Source of the DNA: the human T2T-CHM13v2.0 reference genome, Homo sapiens
Assembly (NCBI RefSeq): GCF_009914755.1
Contig: NC_060926.1
Strand: one strand, 5' to 3'
DNA length: 64,000 bases
The notes under the pieces are model-generated. The model was given only the letters and a program-made list of their open reading frames with translations. It did no database searches and had not been told where the DNA came from. This document shows, piece after piece, positions 43,525 to 59,204 of this stretch. A program made the position numbers and the translations under genes. Each line of letters opens with the position of its first letter. Within the stretch, counting starts at the first letter, position 1.

Positions 43525-44360
43525 ATTAATGCTGAAACGACCTCCCAACTAGTCCCCCTGCCTTTAAACTTGCACCTCCCTCCCCACCCTTCATCTTTCA
43601 AAGGCCAACTGGACTGATCTCCTTAAGGCCTAAATCAGATCATGTTAATTTCCTGTTCTAAATCCTTCAGTGACTTTTTCCCTGCAACCAGAAGAATAAA
43701 CGTTTTACCATGGCCTGAAACACTTGCCACTGTCTACCCCACTGACCTCAACCTTTCTGTGCTGCATCTTGTTCACTGTTCCCGCACACTGTCCTTCTTT
43801 CTGTTCTTGAAGTATGTCCAGCTCATTCCCTCCTTGGCCTAGTTCTTGTTGTTCCTCTTGCATAGAACACTCTTCAAAACTACTCATGTCTGGCTTCCCA
43901 AATTAAATGTGATGCCTCCAGAGACACCTTTCCTGCCCACTCTACATAGGCCCCCAGCTCTGTATCTCATTACTGTATGTGTGATGAAAAGATAACAATG
44001 GATAGTTTGAGAGGGTACATTTTTCTCTAGTGGTGAAGAATATGGAATTTTAAGAAGATTAGCTTAACCTGTTTTCAGATGTAGATTTGGCCTTTCAGGC
44101 CCCTGGGATGTACAGAGTGAATGATGCCAACGCTATAAATGGATGAGGGAGGTCTGTCCTTGGACCCTGGATGATTTTCTTTTTAGCACTTTTCAGTATT
44201 TGAAAGTCTTTTTTGGTTTGCTTTTCTATACATTGTCTGTCTCTCTACACTAAAATGTAAGCTCCTTGAGAGCAGGCTCTCCTGTGCCTTATTCATGACT
44301 GCATCCCACATACCTAGATTGTGTTTGGGAGGTGTTCAGCAGAAATTAATCTGCTGCTTG
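43525..44360 (+). mobile_element. L2 3' fragments
   Basis: AAATCAGATCATGT..CCTTCAGTG, CCTTTCCTGCCCACTCTA, AATGTAAGCTCCTTGAGAGCAGG. A further L2-like end lies at about 44500-44635. Confidence 0.65.
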
Positions 44361-44797
44361 GCTGAGAAATCTGGTCTCTACTGCCCAGTTCATTCACTCT
44401 TTGAGAAAATTTTTTGTGGTTTTAGTGAAAATATAATTCTTCCTTCTCTGAGCCTTATACAAACCCTCTAATGATACATTATATTCTTCTTATATTTTCA
44501 CTATTTCTATTTCCTACCTTCTGAAGAGTAATCTTCTTGAGGGCAAGGTTAGTGTCACACTCATCTTTATATCCCCTACAACACTTAGCTCAATGCCTTC
44601 ACAACTTTACTATTAGTACATATTTACTGAATTAAAGCACTATTAATTTTGCGTTTAGGCTCTTACAGTTTGAATCACAAAATTTTGAGTTATATGCTTT
44701 TTACATTAAAAGGAAGCAATACTTTTTCCTTCTAAAAATATAATTGTTTTTTATCTGGCATCATTTCTTGTGTTTTCTTTGCCCAGATGTGCTCCAC

Positions 44798-45108
44798 TTA
44801 GGGATTGCAAACTGACAGTTCACAGTCTAGATACAGCCATCAAATAGGTATTAATGGGCTCTCCCAACATTTCAAAGTTTTTAAATTAGATGCTACCACT
44901 TAAAAATTAGAATTTGTAAAAAAATTTTTGGATTTCTGACTTTACTAAGAAAAGTAGGACAATCTGGTAGCCCTAGGCATACATACCCTCCTGACAAAAA
45001 ACAATGAAAAGGTACATGTTTCTGGTTTACTGTAGTATCCACTGGTCTTGCCTCATTCATTTGTTGTACATGTTTGGACTCTTTATATTTTGGAGTTTGA
45101 GGCCCCTG
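44798..45108 (-). mobile_element. MER102-type hAT-Charlie fossil
   Basis: AGGGATTGCAAACT start, TGGATTTCTGACTT..AATCTGGTAGCCCTAGG, GAGTTTGAGGCCCCTG end. Confidence 0.7.
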
Positions 45109-45402
45109 CTTTATCTGATTCTTACATATATGTAGTTTCAGTTAGTGGCAATCAAATGGAAGTTAGACTTACTATTATTCCAAAGTCTGAAGTATTTCCA
45201 TTATCTACCATGTTTGACTAGATATATAAACATGTAAGGCTGTGAAAGAAAAAATATTCTGTAACCTGTGGAAGCTTCCATTTGCTTTTCATTTGCAATG
45301 AGAAGAGGCAGATTTCATATAGAAGTTAGAATGCTTTGGTTCTATTATCTCTTTTTCACAGACCTATTTTGTAATCATTTTACCACTTTAAACTGCACTT
45401 CC

Positions 45403-46417
<1,015 letters not shown>

Positions 46418-47842
46418 TAGTTTAGCTTTTACCATCTATGCTTTCTTTTTATTGAATCATTTTTGAATGTTTTCTTTATATGTTGCTTTCAGTGATTAAC
46501 CTTGACATCCATAGAGCTGTCAAGTCTCTGTTGACATGACATTTGTTCAGAGGGCACTGTCTTTTCTGTGTTGTGCACACCCGAGTGATGCTTTCTAGGC
46601 ACCCCACAGACACTCAGAAGGGTTAATTAAATAAAATGCTATCATTTAAATAACTCCCTCAAAGATTACTTTTGACAGTTGAGCTCTGTGATTCCATTTC
46701 CCTTGACAACACTTGGATTTCAAAATGCAAGGGGAAAGTTCATGGCAAAATGTATTCCAGCTTTCCAAAAAATTATGATAAATTATGCATTGCTCCCTCC
46801 CTGTGTAGTTGGCATATCTCTGAACATAGATCACTTGGCCTGTGTTCAGGGGGATTGTGGCCTTTTCTGAACTTAACCCGTCTGAACTCCTCCTTGAAGC
46901 ATTTGTCAAGTCCATTGTCTCTCCATGTGAATCTGAGTCAGATATGAGTGAGTACCATGCTTTCCATCATGACTCTACAGAACCAGAGAGTAGTGGCTAA
47001 GTCATAACACAGCAAGCCCATCCCTTCTTGCTTCTTAGGCAAGTGTTTTCTTAGCAGGAATAAAAATGATGCAGTCCATGCTGACTGTGAAAGAAATCCA
47101 AGACAACTTCACACTCTTTAATTGATGAGTTGGTCCAGAGATATTGTTTTCTAGCTGGTGTCAGTGTGAGGTGATGTATGCCCAAATATTTGACACCAAA
47201 AAATGTAGGTCTGAGCCTATAGGATTAGGAGTGAAGATGAAGGATATTCTTTATGACTTGCAAATGGATGCTGGAAGAAATATTTTTTTCCACGGATGTG
47301 AGGCATGGAAATTAGTGCTCACCTACTATTTACAGAAAACTCTTTTGTTATAAGCTCTGGGACTTGTTTTCACTGATAGATATTTGTAGCTATAATTAAG
47401 AAATCTGTTTAAATTGTGCTTATAATTATCCTAATTGGTATGAAAATCTGATTGAATACTTAGAGGAGTAAATTGCCTGAGCTGCATTTTGTAAGCAACA
47501 CACTTTTCAAAAAGGAAAGTGAAAGTAGGTAAATAGGTTTTCAAAAATAAAACCCCTGCTCCCTATAAGTAGGTTACATTTAAAAGTGCTCTTTGTGTTT
47601 CTGTTTATCTGTTCATCTTAATTTGGGCAACTTGGTGGCCTTGCAATATTTATATCCAGGATTAAAATAAAGTTCCATATAAAGAAAGGACAGTGAATTA
47701 TTTGAGCTTTGTGATGAAAGGTCCTCGCTGTCAAGATTCAAACACTGAAAGCTCTCAGAAGAGCCATAGGGCTAAGACAATGTCCAGTTGAACAATCAGA
47801 TGTAGAGATTCAATTGTGGTCCCATCCAGATCTGCATGAGAT

Positions 47843-48023
47843 CAGTGGTTTTCCAAATGGGCTAAAGGAACACCCATGATGTATGTTAAAATGTGTGTTT
47901 CCAGGCTTTTCTCTAGATTTAGTGATTAGCATACCTAGAAGAAAGGCCTGAGAATCTCTGTTTTTTAAAACATGTTCCTTAGGTGACTCTTTTTAATTCA
48001 TTTTAAATTTGAGATTATCACTG
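47843..48023. mobile_element. MER5-type hAT-Charlie MITE
   Basis: CAGTGGTTTTCCAAA ... GGCCTGAGAATCT ... TTTGAGATTATCACTG. Confidence 0.65.
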
Positions 48024-48416
48024 CATTAATCTGACCAAGCTGAGTGCATATTTCAAGCAGCAGAAAAGAAGGCAAACTAAAGGAAAATACATCTGAACCA
48101 AAACAATAAAGTAGATTATTTTTCCTGGAGAGGAGTAGAGAAGTAGGTAAAAAATGGATGGCCTCAAATCATTTGTATTTGCCTTTGGAAGATGTCCTGA
48201 CTATGTTTTGGCAGCAGATTTACTGTCATAACTTAGTTTTGCTTAGGATAATAATAAATAGGTTTTCATTTCCAAAATATACACTTGAGAATGCGTGTGG
48301 GTGGAGAGAAATAGCTCCACATTGCAGGGAGATGACAAAGGAAAGCCATTTTGGGATTTAAGGTTTGGCACAGAAAATCCACAAAGTGAACAATAAAAAT
48401 ACATATGTATAATTAA

Positions 48417-48731
<315 letters not shown>

Positions 48732-49074
48732 TAGTAGTGTGCCATTTGTTGCTATTGCAATAAAATACATGGAATATAACAAATAAATTTAAAAAGAACA
48801 AGTTTTTTTTTCATGTGGTAGTCACTTTGCAACAATAAATGCTGAATTGTATGCTGTGTATACTGCAGTTGGGGAGGGGTGCTGTGAATATGATGGGCAA
48901 TCTGAATTTTTTGTGACAATTATTTTTTAACTCTTTATCTGTCTTTCTACCTCAAACATTACAATTCCCTAAACTATACCCATTTCTCAAAGCAAAACAA
49001 ATATTCAGGAACTTGGGAATGGAAAGGATAAAGACATTGGTTTGGTTTTCATTCTATTATTACTTTTAATTTTG

Positions 49075-49280
49075 TATAGAACATTACAATATATGTTTAC
49101 ACATACTACCTCATTAGTGATCTGAGCCCAACTCTGCGAGGTGGGCAGGGATTTCACCACCTGGGGATATTCTCTATTCCTACAAATGGATGAGAAGCTT
49201 AAGCCTCTGAGAGATAATAACTCCCAAATGTTAAAAGAAGTTGTAGTATCAAAAGACTTCCAATCCTAAAAACAGTGATG
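49075..49280 (-). mobile_element. MIR fragment
   Basis: CCTCATT..AACTCTGCGAGGTGGGCAGG..ACAAATGGATGAGAAG. Confidence 0.5.
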
Positions 49281-51059
49281 TCTGTAACCCTAAAAAGTCA
49301 AGTTTTATTAACTTGCTAATTAGCCAAGGGGAGGTCATATATTTCCCTTCTGTTTCATTTCTGGATGCTCCAGGTTGGAATATAATTTCTAACCATGTGC
49401 TGATATAAAGACATTTCATTCAATAAGTAGTATATGTGGGAGTTGCAATTTGGAGTCAATTACAAATGTATTTACAGAGATATGGAAAACATATCTGGAG
49501 CCTCAATTGAAGCCAGAATTGTTTTGAAGATTCTGATAAAGGCAAGATAATATGGTTGTAGCCTTTGGGTTTCAAGAGATGTCCAAGAGATACTAGAGAT
49601 GTCTAGATTGACTTGCTGTAGAACTACTTCTTAATACATCTCTTGTTCTGTTTTAGTACCCTACATATCATGGGATGTTGGTAATTCACGTATGTCATAG
49701 ACTGTGAGACTTCATTCTAAAGATGAAAAAACTGAAACTCGAAAAGCAGACATCTACCTGGCTAATAAAACAGTCAAGCCAAAGGTTGAAACAAGTCTCT
49801 CTGACTCTCTGCCCAGAAACTCTAAGATGACATGTAGTCATTCTCATTCCCATTGACAGGTATTTTGTGGGCTCCAAGCATTTGCTGGACATGTTGAAAG
49901 CAAAGCACTATAATACCTGGCCCTGATCTGAAGGCATGTACATGCTGCTATGGAAAACAGAACAGACCCTTTCAGAGAGTTCAATTGGTTCTATTAACAT
50001 TCAGAGAAGGAGACTTTTCTACCCACTCTTGAAGAAAGGTCTTCTGAAGTTCTACTAGTAGTAGAAAATAACTTAGTGTCTCTTGCTGCAACAGAGCTTG
50101 TGTAAAGTAGCTGGAAATTTTCAGATTAAGTTGTAACATACCTGCATGACTGATCTTCCTAAGCTATTGCTTAGGAAGGTCATTGGCCCTTATGCCAATT
50201 TTATTCTTCTTCTGTGGACCCTTCTGTTCACTATCATCTTAGGACAATAATCTGACATTTCCAGTAAGCCCAAATCAATTTTAATTCTTTTAAAGTGTTA
50301 AAAATAAAGGTTCAGTGGTGATGTGAGTGTGCAGAAGGCAGGGTGGCTTTGAGCTGTATCGGGTTTGAAAGCTAAACAGTTTTATTTGTAGACTTTTGTT
50401 CTGCTTGAAATATTAAACTATAAAAGCACAAGGTAAACAGATTTATTTTTAATTTGTGTATATGACATCCTAGACATCTTATCAAGCTTTAGAATAGGCT
50501 GAGCGATTCTGAGGTTTGGGGTTAAATGTACATCTGTTTTATCTCTGTGTTGAGAAGACAACTCATAAAAATTCATTTTCAACAGATGGTTTTAAATGAA
50601 GACAGACTACCTTATTCGGATTAATACACATTCATGAAGAATATGTTACTTTTTGATGAAACTAAATCATTCCATAAATTCTATCAGTAAACAAATCTGG
50701 AATTTCTTTAAAATGTACCAAAACATAAGTAATAAGTGGTTGGAATGTAGCCCTCCACTTCCTGTTCCTGGGCCCCCAATTTTCCACATACTGTCACTGA
50801 TAGCTTAATAGTGGATATAGGATTTTATCCTAAGAGATCTAAGTATAGATCTATTTTCATGAGGATGGACAAAAAGAATCATACTACTGACATTTTGAGG
50901 TAACCAACAGCTACCATCCAAATGTAAATTCTAAGTCTTTGGTAAAGGATTCTTTTTGAAAACGCTGTTCTTTTAGTAGGTTTGAGAAGTAAAATTTGGT
51001 CTGTTTTTTTCCTTATTCTAATGGTTAAACCTCAGTTCGTGCCCTAAGTCTAGTAAAGG

Positions 51060-51230
51060 AAAGGCCTTTGGACTTGGATCAGGAGCTTTTGTTCCTAACT
51101 CTCCCTTTGCCTTTCACAGGATGTGTGATCTTAGGCAGGAGACTAATGTCTTGGAACCTGTTTTCACATCTTTCAAATGAAGGACCAGACTGGTCTCTGG
51201 GATCACAGCTTTCATGTTCTAGGACTGTGT
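51060..51230 (+). mobile_element. MIR fragment
   Basis: GGATCAGGAG..TGTGTGATCTTAGGCA..CCTGTTTTCACATCT..AAATGA. Confidence 0.55.
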
Positions 51231-54200
51231 ATGCGATTATAACTGAGGGGGTGGGGCAAGATCCTTTATTGCGTTAATACCTTCTTTGTATTGCTGTAAT
51301 ATATTGCTTTCTTTCTAACTTAGAGCTATTTTTAGTAAGAAGGCGGTGAGACTATCACACACACTGAATCTTGCCTATGATCAGTTGGAGTTTTAGAAAA
51401 AATCATTTTTCATTCTATTTCCTAAACAAGGTTCTTTCAAGGAATATAAGGGAAGAAGAACCTGGTTAAATCACTTATGTGTGCAAATGATTTTGAGACT
51501 GAAATGCCCCCCATAGAAGCTTATATCTTTTTTCATCTGCTCTATCTCCTTCCATAATTAGTCATTGATAGCAGAGAGACATAGATTAATGTGAATCTGC
51601 TTCGTAAATGGCACAAACTATTTACTTGTCCCAATTCAATAGGGGTTTCCAAAAGTGTATTTCTCATTGTTAAAAGTGTGCATATTATATTGTTGATTTA
51701 AAAGGATCTATCTTTTAGGAGATCATGATCTTGCATTTCTGATTAAATCCATTGAGAGATATTAAAGAATGATACCTTAGAAATTCCTTTGATAACATAA
51801 AACAAATCTGAAATACTAGGATAACAGTAAAAAACTAAACCTGTTGTTTTCATTTTAAAAAAAAACACCTGCCATAATGATGCTTTATTCTAATCTCTTG
51901 ATTGGAGATTCCATATGATCTCATTCTGGATAAGGTATTGTAAGCCAGTTTTTTTCACTGTATTTACAAGTAGAAATAGGGATGTGTCTAATTTAAGCCT
52001 AAAAGATATAAAAACAAAGAAATTCGCCCAGTGTGAGAGGAGCAATTTGGTGAGCTTACAAAATGGAAAAATGTAATTTTAAAGCAACATTACTAGGCAT
52101 GGAAATAGTTTGCTACCCAGATTCCCAACACGAATAATTCTCAGCTCAATTTGGGTACAGTCTAGGTAAACTTTCTCACAGTTCATATGGATATCATGAG
52201 TAAATAATTAAATTACTCTCTAAAAGTAAGTAATTTTAGTAGGCTTTCCTAGAATCTTCTGTAACATAATAGACCATACTAATACTATCCTTTCCCCAAA
52301 ATTTGACCTGTCCCTCCTTGTCTTCCCTCCTAAATATAAGGACTCTTGCTACAACAGTTTTAAAGTTCTACTCAAACGTAAATGCTGCTGTGTTATCTGT
52401 TTCTGAAAGTTGACTATTGCATTGTAAGAAATCTAATACTTATGGCTTATTACCTTAATTGGTAATTTACATAGGCCATTATCCTAGTACTTATTTAAAA
52501 GACTATACTAGGCAATGGGGATATGAATTTACCCCCTCTCCAAACCCCTACCACCTATCACCAAATCAAGTGACTGCCTGGATTACAGTACTGTTAGGAA
52601 GAGACACTTCTTCCCCATTCCTATGTTTCCTTCCATATGGCGGGGGCAGGAGTGTGACATTTCTAGCCTCTGTCTGCCTCTTCACTCATCCATTCCCAGG
52701 GGAACTGAACCCTTATCTCATTTGCGAGTTTGGGTAGAATAAAGCGAGCATGCTTGGATCTACTCCTTCCTTTATTTCTTTTGAAAGTCAGCTGCCTATA
52801 GGCAGTAAGTGCTCTACTCATCCTAATGAAGGCTCTACCCTTCATTAGCTGTGGATGGAGTGGGAGCCCTGTCTTGTCCATCAGTGCCTATGACTGGGTG
52901 TGTTAGTCTGTCTAATCTAGGTTCAGTATTAGGCACTCTCTCTCCCACTGATATAAGCCACATCCACCTACTCAGCTATTTTGGTAGTAACTGACATTTT
53001 AGTCCCCCATCTGCTTACTCTTTTGTTTTATTTCTCAATTCCATATTCAAGTGGGGAAGAGGGACATTTTAACTAGTCCCTCTCACATACCAGAATGGTG
53101 TACATAGATCCTGACCATGTTAATCTTCTGTTCCCAGGCTAATGTTTTGTTAGAGAATAAATAAGCACCAGAATTTTGAAAATTAAAGAGCGTGTTGAAT
53201 TAGGCTTATATTTATGTTCTTAATTAGAAGAACACATTTTAACACCCTCACTTGAAGTATTAACTTCCCCTTTAAAAGACACACAATTTATTAGTTCAAC
53301 TTAGTTGTAAACAGAATAGTTCTCACCATCAAGTTTTAAATATACTCTTCTTTGTTATATGTTTGTGACTGTGGTTTAGTTTTAATCTATATAAGAAGGC
53401 ATGGAAAACAATAGAGAACAAGTTGTCAAAATCTAAGAGCTTTTTTCTCACAGATTCCAGTCAGATGATCTGCAATTGAAAATTGCAGACAGAAATGAGA
53501 TACTTCACTAAAGTTTAGGTTCTTCCAGATCAAAATCCATTTAAAGAATGCTAGGTAGAAAGGAAGAGAGATGTTTGACAAACATGTTGGTATGTATGTC
53601 TTCACTTTGATTCATTCCAGTTACTGATTTTCAAAAACATGTTTACATAAATACGTCAAGAGATTGTATTTGTTGAGGAGGTTAATGTGCTGTTCACTTC
53701 TGGCAAGATTCTTGAATGTCTTATTTTTACTCCTCCTCTCCCCATTATTACCTGAGTGTACAGGATGGAGATTCAGAATTCTTCTGTCCATCTAGGCAGG
53801 AGGACAGCTTTTAACTCTCTGTACTCTAGAAGTATTTCCTTTGATGTTTCAGTCCTTTCATGCTGGATTCCATGTTGAAAGCATCAACAGGATTGCAAAA
53901 CCTCAGCAAACCCACCTAGATTCTCTATTTTTCTGTTAGTGAGTTGTTAAACTTTTATAGCTCTAGTGCAGTTAAATAAGAGTATCCCTTAATCTTGTAC
54001 TCCAGGTTTCTCACAACCTGGAGTTTCATATGTGCTTAGGGAAGCACATATGAAATATCTGGCAGAACTGAATCCTGTGAAAATCAGAGTACTTATAATA
54101 CTTCATGAATACCTATGGCATTTTGAAGATGGATTGTTGTAGTCTTTGTAAGTCAGTCAGCTAACAGCACCATCCCTGGGTAATTATTCTTCTAAAAGAT

Positions 54201-55384
54201 ATGTAATTACATACTAAGAAATGTGTTTATTGTTGTCATATATATTGTGTATGTCTAGCCTCATATGCAGAAGGCTACAAAATTTGAAAGAATCTACAAG
54301 ATCATTGAGTTAGACACCTCATTTCTTATTTGGGGAAAAAATACTGATAAATAGGCTACATGACTTGCCCAAATTTGTTCGTGGCCACTTTGGTGTTAGA
54401 AACTTGTAATTCTGATTTAATCCTGTGTGCTTTTCATTACATCTTATTTAATAGAAAGGGAAGGCTTACTAATTATACATCGTTTGGGCCCATGATAAGA
54501 AGTTCTTCCCAATGTTTTCATTTGTTGCCAATACCAGCCATTTAGTTGCCCAACCCCATTTTAGCTAGGCTTTCCCTAGGGCTACACTGCTTGTTCTGTC
54601 TCCTTTCCTCAGCATCAAACTATGATGTGGGTTAATGCTATGGACAGGACCTGATGGCTACATTGCCCAATCCAAACTTGGAGATGATGCTTGACCTGCC
54701 TCACCATAAATGCCAGGATGTGCTCAAAATAGATTATAGTCCCATGATCTCGCTTGAACGTAAGTTTAGTTGGTCAGCTCCTCTCTGGAGCTGTGACTTC
54801 TTAGCTTTTTCTCTCCCTGAGGCTGCTCTCTTTCTATCATGTTGAACAACCAACCCCATGGTTTCACTCCCCTGACCCTGGCTCTTGCACTGTGGCTATA
54901 TGCTTTCGCTAGAGAAGACGTCAGTCAATTCTATTTGTTGTCAGCAGTCTGATGAAAAGGTTGAAGAGTTAGGAGTAGAAACTATTGACTAAAATAATTT
55001 AAGTTATCCTGCTCATCCTTAATTGATTTGAAGTCTACTTCAAAGAGAGTTAATAAGCTTTGGATTTCAGTGTGTAGAAAAATGTGAACACATCTGAGAG
55101 CTGACACCAGTGAAGTTTTGATATTAAGATTGCTTTTGACAACTCAGTGTAGGAAGGAGATAACAGTTGAAATGACAGGCTAATGGGAACCCAAAACCTA
55201 CCTGGCGGTGGAAAGATGTAGCAAAGATAGATAATTCTTTTTTTCTACTCTTTTATTGCTATCATTGATTTGTCAATGAGCTTAAACAAAGTGGCAAAAA
55301 CTGAGTTTACCAATGAATTTCAACAGTAATCACTACTAACACTTGTTTTTCTTTTTTCTCTTTCCAATCCCCCTCCATTATAGA

Positions 55385-55620
55385 ACAGTATAGCATAGTA
55401 GTTAAACATTGGACTTTAGAGTTGGATAGGCCTGAGTTTAAATGGAATTTCAGACAAATACAAACCATGTGACTTTGGGCAAATTACTTCATCTCTCTGA
55501 GCCTTAGTTTCTTTGTAAGATAGGGGCAATAATACCTACCTCATGGGCTTCTTGTGATAGCTAAATGAAATAATGTATGCAGGTGCTAAGCAGAATGCTT
55601 TCTTCATAATGAGTACTAAA
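55385..55620 (+). mobile_element. MIRb-like
   Basis: TGTGACTTTGGGCAAATTACTTCATCTCTCTGAGCCTTAGTTTC..AATAATACCTACCTCAT. Confidence 0.8.
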
Positions 55621-56129
55621 AAATAAAGGAAGATAATCATGACTGTCCAGGTAAAGGCTTGGCCTCTCCAAATAGCTTTTCAAACCCTATAAAAAGTGAA
55701 GTGGTGGTCCTCATATGTTTGGATATTCCTGGGTCATCACTCTTTTCATTTTGTCTGCTCCATATTCCAAATGAACTTGGAAATTTTCCATATCCAAGTT
55801 ATCCAGGAAGCACTGGGTAAGTCAGCAAAAGTAATGGGGAAATACAAGATTGAGAACATATGTTTATGATCCCAAGTGCAATAAAACAATGCCATTCAGA
55901 AGAACTGTGTTAAGACACATTAGAAAGTGTTGTCATCAAACCAGTGCATGGTTTTATTATGTGAAGACCAGTAAAGCTTTTTCTCATGTTTTCACTTGAT
56001 TTTGGTAATCATACTCAAAGCTCTCATCAAAATAAGATGTATGTGACATTTGATCATTGTCGGTATTTCCTTTAGCGCACAAGGGAGTATGGAAAATATA
56101 TATAGAATCAGAAGTCATTCATGATGTGT

Positions 56130-56250
56130 TCTAAGAGCTCTGAGGGTAAGGATTGTGTCTGTGTCTATCTGTTTTCTGCTGTGTTTTTACTACCTAGCAT
56201 TGGTCCTGGCACACAGTAGGTACTGAAAAATAAAATAAGTCATTTAATTG
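56130..56250 (+). mobile_element. L2 3' end
   Basis: CCTAGCA..CCTGGCACACAGTAGGTACT. Confidence 0.65.
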
Positions 56251-57221
56251 CCTATTTTGTATATAATTATTAATATAATTGAACATTGGTCTTATGCATT
56301 TATAAAGTAGTTGGTAAAAAAATCTAAAGATGACATTCAGCTAAAGGTTACTGTCACATTTGTCTAATAAGACTCCTTTTCTGTGAACCAATTAAACTTA
56401 GGTCATTGCTCTGCCTTAAGGGAGCAGCATTCAGTCATGATCAATTTGTGTGACACTTTTCCAAGGAGTATTTTATTTTTAATGAAAAATTGGCCAGTGG
56501 TATTTTTTTAGACTTATTCATTAACATTTCAGCTGTGTTGTCTAAAACATTGATGTATGGTTAAATTAAAAGTGTGGTTTTAGGGGATAAACTAAAAAAT
56601 ACCAGAATGTTACATTATATATAAAGGACAAGGAGATTTAAATTAGTAATAAGCCAATCTAAATTGGGTTTTCTTGATATCCTTAATTATTGTACAAAGG
56701 ACTAATGGTGAGTGTATATATATATTTAAAGCTTCAGCATCTATTAAAATTTGTGTAAAATTAACTTATTTGGCATGTTTTGTTAAATGTTCTTATTAAA
56801 AATATGAAACACTAGTGAAATATGGAGACTTTATAACAAAGTAAATGAGACTGATTTTTTTCTTTTAATGAACGGACTGGAACATATAATGTATATTTAA
56901 TGAACTGACTAGAACACTGAATATATATTTACTTCAAATTGGTCATTTATTCCAATTATCCAGTCATGTTCAGACTTCGTGTTTGGGATTTTCATATAGA
57001 AATAGGAAAATAGAAGAAAACCATCACAATTATTTTATGATTATGCTTCACTCTTGAACTTACTTATATACCTTAATCACTTACATTATGTGTCACAGTT
57101 GGCTGCAAATGATATTTAGAGCATAAAAAAATCAAATCTAGCTTTAAGTGATTAGAATTTGCTGTCATTTAGTACATTAAAATAGGAATGCCAGGCTTTG
57201 ATTATTCTCAAGGAATTCTAA

Positions 57222-57624
<403 letters not shown>

Positions 57625-58169
57625 GGGTGTGTTGTCTTCTTTTTAAGAAAAACCAGCCTCATTATTTTAAAGTTCTAGCAGAGGAGCACAGTTAAAGGTA
57701 CAATCTTTGCTTGAAACACAGGCCTCTTTGATCTACGAAAGTCTTCATTAACAGTAAAATGTTGGGATACGTACTTATAAGGTAAGAAAGGAGAAAGCAA
57801 ACTTTCTTAACAAACCACTCTCTGAAATCAGTATGGGCAGTCAAGTGGTCATTGACAGATTAACTTCTGAATAACTTCGTAGTTATCAAGGCTTATATAG
57901 TCCAGATTTGACTTTTCCTGTCAAATATAGAGTGGGTATGTGGATCCTCATAAAGTGGAATGGCCACCAAGCTTTATTAGAAACATGAAAGAGAAAATGT
58001 TATGGTTATATGGTTATGTGGTTATTTCCATATAAAACTTACTCATGGAAAAAGTGGGAATGGGAGTTGTTATTCAACTTGATGGATACACCCATCTTGT
58101 ATTTATTTTGGTGCAGTTGAGGTAGCATGGTGTCATCTAATTTTATTCAAAATAGAGTATAACTTCTAG

Positions 58170-58633
58170 GTGAGTTCATTTACTCACATACTTACATGTT
58201 GATGTCTCCTAAATCCAAAGATACTCAAATAGGCACTTTTGCTTGAATTTCCTGTAGACACCTCACACTTCACTTACCCTGTTTTTATCTAAAGTCATCA
58301 TGGTCTTCCTCCTCCCTTCCACTAACTTGGTTGTCTTCTGTATTCCTTATGCTTGTTATTGTCATGGCCAGTTAAGTCCGAAGAGCTGGAAATCATTTTC
58401 TTTCTTAAGCAGTCCCTCTGCCGTGCCTAATTTGTCACGAACTCCAAAAGTTTCCTAGAACTGTCATTGTTCTTAGTCCCTAATGCCTCTGCCTTTGTTT
58501 GCCTTATTATCTATTATCTTTTCCTTGAACTGTGGTCATAGCAGGTTTTTGGTTTTCTTGATTCCAGTCAATCCTTCACATTGATAACTGAATTCTCTTT
58601 CTAAGAAACAAATCTATAATGTCGCTATGTACC

Positions 58634-58681
<48 letters not shown>

Positions 58682-59190
58682 ACATAAACCTACCTCTGGC
58701 TTCCTTCTTTACAAAAGAAAAGTCAATAGTCTTTACCTGGTGCACAAAGGCATTTTCTCTCTAGTTGCAACCTAAAACTTCTTCAAACACAACACCTGAA
58801 ATTTCAATTGCCCTTAATTTCTTGCAATGCACTGTGCTAGTTCACAAGTCCTCTTCCTCAGACAGGCTGTCCTTCCTTCCCAGGGCAACCATCACCCCTT
58901 TCTGTCTCACAGTACCTACTTTCCCTCTAACACCAACTGCAAGGGCAAACTTGACTGGCTTCATACAAGCAGGTGGTTGCTGCCTGTTCTGTGCTCTTTT
59001 GGATCTTCCCACATTGGGGTACAATTATCTAATTAGTTATAAGTGGTCCACCCACTATTATTATTAGCCTTTTTTTTACTAGGCTGTGGATACTAGAGGT
59101 CTGCCACATATCTTACTGATCTGTGTAGCTGTAGGGTCAAGGAGAGCCTCTGGCATAAAGGCTCAATAAATAATTGTTGAATTAAAAAAT
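58170..59190 (+). mobile_element. L2 fragment
   Basis: Pyrimidine-rich L2 motifs ending GCTCAATAAATAATTGTTGAAT. Confidence 0.6.
58636..58684. repeat. (CA)n microsatellite, about 22 units
   Basis: Seen directly. Confidence 0.97.
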
Positions 59191-59204
59191 GAAGAAATAT
59201 TGAT

